64,000 bases of DNA from Desulfatiglandales bacterium (GTDB taxonomy: Bacteria > Desulfobacterota > DSM-4660 > Desulfatiglandales > HGW-15): positions 2,496,001 through 2,560,000 of the forward strand of contig CAXXJJ010000001.1 of NCBI GenBank assembly GCA_963667015.2, written 5' to 3'. The position numbers were made by a program, and so were the translations under genes. The notes beneath the pieces are model-generated. The model worked only from the letters and a program-made list of their open reading frames with translations. It ran no database searches and was not told the DNA's origin. Each line of letters opens with the position of its first letter. Positions within the stretch are counted from its first letter, which is position 1. Positions 61,643 to 64,000 of this stretch are shown piece after piece.

Positions 61643-61672
61643 AAATAGGAGTCGTACTTCAAAATACCAATT
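61643..61672 (+). repeat. 30-bp direct repeat, copy 2
   Basis: AAATAGGAGTCGTACTTCAAAATACCAATT (2 mismatches to copy 1). Confidence 0.75.
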
Positions 61673-61768
61673 CGTTTGTTCCCTGGTTCCCACTGAAACA
61701 AAAAAACATCATGATTCCATTATTGGTATCATAAATGGCTATTTTGCCAGTAAGCTGAACTGAATCAA

Positions 61769-62119
61769 TTACAATTCATACAATCCTTTAATAAATTCAT
61801 GTTTATGTTTTAAATCAACTATTATCCAGAGGAAGTAATCCACAGGGCTCTGCATAGAACAAAAACCTACTTCAAGATAAGGTTTGTCTTCACAATACAG
61901 CATATGCTGACGCTGTATGACAACCATCTTTGCGCCTTTAACAAAATGGGTCATGGCTTCTTCGAATGAGATCTCCTCCACTCGTTGTCTTGCAAAACTT
62001 TCCCTGCAGTCCAGCTTATCAAACCACCATTTATCACATATGGAGTATGCTTTTCTCAGCAGTTTTTCCTGCTCGGAGTGTGTTAATTTGTCAGTGTTGT
62101 AAAAGATATCCCGTTCCAT
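61769..62119 (-). CDS. Hypothetical protein
   Basis: 116-aa ORF with protein-like composition. Confidence 0.55.
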   Translation of the reverse strand: MERDIFYNTDKLTHSEQEKLLRKAYSICDKWWFDKLDCRESFARQRVEEISFEEAMTHFVKGAKMVVIQRQHMLYCEDKPYLEVGFCSMQSPVDYFLWIIVDLKHKHEFIKGLYEL

Positions 62120-62417
62120 CCTACAATTGCCTTCTTCTATTTTGACAATTTAAAACCTTATTATTTTTTAAATATTGTTGATTTTACTATCTATTTATTT
62201 ACTTATCAAAATGAAAAAAGGTGATGCTGTTAAGATTTAAAGTTAATTTATCGAAGATTCTTCGCTTTTGAGAAATAGCAATTTTAGTAAATAAAAGAAG
62301 CCACTTAAATTTGAAAAGGCCTTGATGAATCCATTATAACTTGACAAAATCGGGCATGTTTGGGAGGATTGTATCAACTTATTACCTGTTAACCTATTAA
62401 AACTTATGGTAAAAATT

Positions 62418-62639
62418 ATGTTAAAACAACTTACTGCAATCATAGAACGAGAAGGAAGCGGGTATGTTTCATTGTGCCCTGAACTCGATATAGCCAGCCA
62501 GGGAGATACTATCGAAGAGGCTCGCATGAACCTTAGAGAAGCACTTGAGCTTTTTTTTGAAACTGCTTCTTCCACTGAAATCGAGTTGCGTCTTCATGAG
62601 GAGGTATATGTCACTCAGGTAGAGGTTGCTGTTGGCTAA
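62418..62639 (+). CDS. hicB: Short HicB-family antitoxin
   Basis: YVSLCPELDIASQGDTIEEA..NLREALELF. Confidence 0.9.
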   Translation: MLKQLTAIIEREGSGYVSLCPELDIASQGDTIEEARMNLREALELFFETASSTEIELRLHEEVYVTQVEVAVG

Positions 62640-62853
62640 ACTACGTATCCTTTCCGGAAGGCAAGTCTGCAATATACTTTCGAAACATGGATTTGTAGAA
62701 GTTCGCCAACGTGGAAGCCACATTGTAATGCAGAAACAGCTTTCTAACTCAACAATAACAGTCCCTGTCCCTAACCATTCTGAGTTACGAATTGGAACTC
62801 TTCAATCCATTATTCGACAATCCGGGATTCTAAAGAGTGAATTTGAGTCATAA
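62632..62853 (+). CDS. hicA: HicA-family toxin
   Basis: GFVEVRQRGSH, VPVPNH.EL..GTL.SIIRQ. Confidence 0.9.
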   Translation: MAKLRILSGRQVCNILSKHGFVEVRQRGSHIVMQKQLSNSTITVPVPNHSELRIGTLQSIIRQSGILKSEFES

Positions 62854-62879
62854 GTAAATATCCAATCTGCATTGATGCC

Positions 62880-64000
62880 TTATTTGACTTCATATTGGTG
62901 CAGAACTTCACCCTCCGGTTTTATGCTGTCCGGCCTTATAAAAGAGACCAGTACTTTGTCAGCATCAATATCAACCAATGTATATCCCGAGTCAGGGATA
63001 TAGTTTTTATATCCGGTTTCTTCTGTCGTAAACTTCCATGGCGCACCGGCGCTTCCAACACAGGTGTAATGTATTCCATCCACCGGGATATCTGTAAACA
63101 CATGATCGTGTCCATAGAAGAGGGCATTTACATTGAACTTTTTCATCCATTTATGAATAAGTTTCTGTTCTCCAATTTTCGCAGCCTGACCGCCGCCGCG
63201 GCCGTACCTGGTATTTAGATCATCGCCTGCCTTTCCTGCGACAGTATGATGAATATAAATAAACTTCCACTTTGCCTTTGATTTTTTTAGCTGTTTGTAG
63301 AGCCACTCCTTTTGTTCTTTACCAAGGGTCCAGTCATCACCCCTGCCGACTTTGGTATTATGAATATGCCCTATGGTCGTATAACCAGTTACAGTGAGAA
63401 CAATGTTAAGTGTGTCACCCCAGGTAAAAGCGTAATAGTCGCTGAACTCACCTCCGCCTTCAGGGTAGGTGTCAGGCATTGGACCAGGCATCCAGGCCAT
63501 GCGGGCATTGCGGGCCCACGATCGGTACTTTTCATCGTGCCAGCCGTTTTCCCCTTCCCAGTTGCCTATAACATTGAATACCGGTACAGATGCAGGAAGA
63601 TTTCCAAGGCCGTACCTCAGCATGTAATACAATATTGGTCCATAACGCTCATCTGTCATGGGACCGCCGTGTGAATCAAAGGTCGCTATATTATCGCCAA
63701 GCATCAGTAAAAAATCAGGTTTTCTTGCAAGGATGGATTTGCTGATATCGGATAATATCTTAATGCGTTCGGGTTGGTCAGGGGTGATATGCGAATCGGA
63801 AATCATTGCGAATGAAAAGGCGGATTTATCAGTTTTTTGTGTTCTGAAACTGCTTTCTGTTACATAACTGAACCTGTCAGCGCCTTTCAGTTTTGCCTGA
63901 ATCTGGTATTCATAAACAGTATCGGATTTTAGGGGGTGTAAGGAGATATTAATCGGTATCTGTTTATCCATAGAAAAGGTATCTGTTTTTTGCCATGGAG
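62880..64000 (-). CDS. Metallophosphoesterase (purple acid phosphatase-like); 5' end probably outside the window
   Basis: SDSH, LGDN, GNWE, HH, GHDH motifs after an FN3-like segment. Confidence 0.85.
   Translation of the reverse strand, partial: PWQKTDTFSMDKQIPINISLHPLKSDTVYEYQIQAKLKGADRFSYVTESSFRTQKTDKSAFSFAMISDSHITPDQPERIKILSDISKSILARKPDFLLMLGDNIATFDSHGGPMTDERYGPILYYMLRYGLGNLPASVPVFNVIGNWEGENGWHDEKYRSWARNARMAWMPGPMPDTYPEGGGEFSDYYAFTWGDTLNIVLTVTGYTTIGHIHNTKVGRGDDWTLGKEQKEWLYKQLKKSKAKWKFIYIHHTVAGKAGDDLNTRYGRGGGQAAKIGEQKLIHKWMKKFNVNALFYGHDHVFTDIPVDGIHYTCVGSAGAPWKFTTEETGYKNYIPDSGYTLVDIDADKVLVSFIRPDSIKPEGEVLHQYEVK

Noticed and set aside
45900..62300. CRISPR array or integron cassette array
   Set aside because: Repeats are not regularly spaced with unique spacers; no cas or intI gene, and no convincing attC sites.
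551..63867. Many antisense or overlapping ORFs in the track (e.g. 551-1273, 2478-3065, 38635-39354, 41125-41742, 5' part of 59688-60596)
   Set aside because: They are shadows of well-supported genes and have no motifs of their own.

Overview
AT-rich bacterial window whose gene content suggests an anaerobic deltaproteobacterium (Desulfobacterota-like; inference). From left to right it contains: (1) housekeeping genes scpA(3' end)-scpB-rluB and phoH-pgpH-ybeY-pdxJ-acpS-nnr, with an inserted ankyrin/lipoprotein trio; (2) a BlaI/BlaR1-TonB regulator pair with operators; (3) a glycyl radical enzyme of unclear substrate, divergent from a hidden 573-aa selenoprotein (in-frame UGA, UxxC motif, SECIS-like hairpin); (4) a DUF2946-like CxxC/RAPP leader upstream of a TonB-dependent receptor, followed by small redox proteins; (5) an ~11 kb divergent cluster around a FadR gene, with two aryl-sulfate sulfotransferases, a tetraheme cytochrome c, a DUF1573 protein, two exported HhH proteins ending in Cys, an internally duplicated 951-aa protein with CGHC, a putative sulfate exporter and a USP; (6) an M49 peptidase and potABCD; (7) a decaying defence/mobile island (46-63 kb) with BrnTA, HicBA, hsdM/rhuM/yhcG relics, a ParB-methyltransferase fusion split by a complete ISL3, an IS50-like element whose transposase carries DUF4338, and an Avs2-like STAND NTPase. 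The best candidates for an undescribed system are the sulfotransferase-cytochrome cluster and the GRE/selenoprotein pair. Several short-run frameshifts look like sequencing errors. All family calls come from motif recognition, not database searches.
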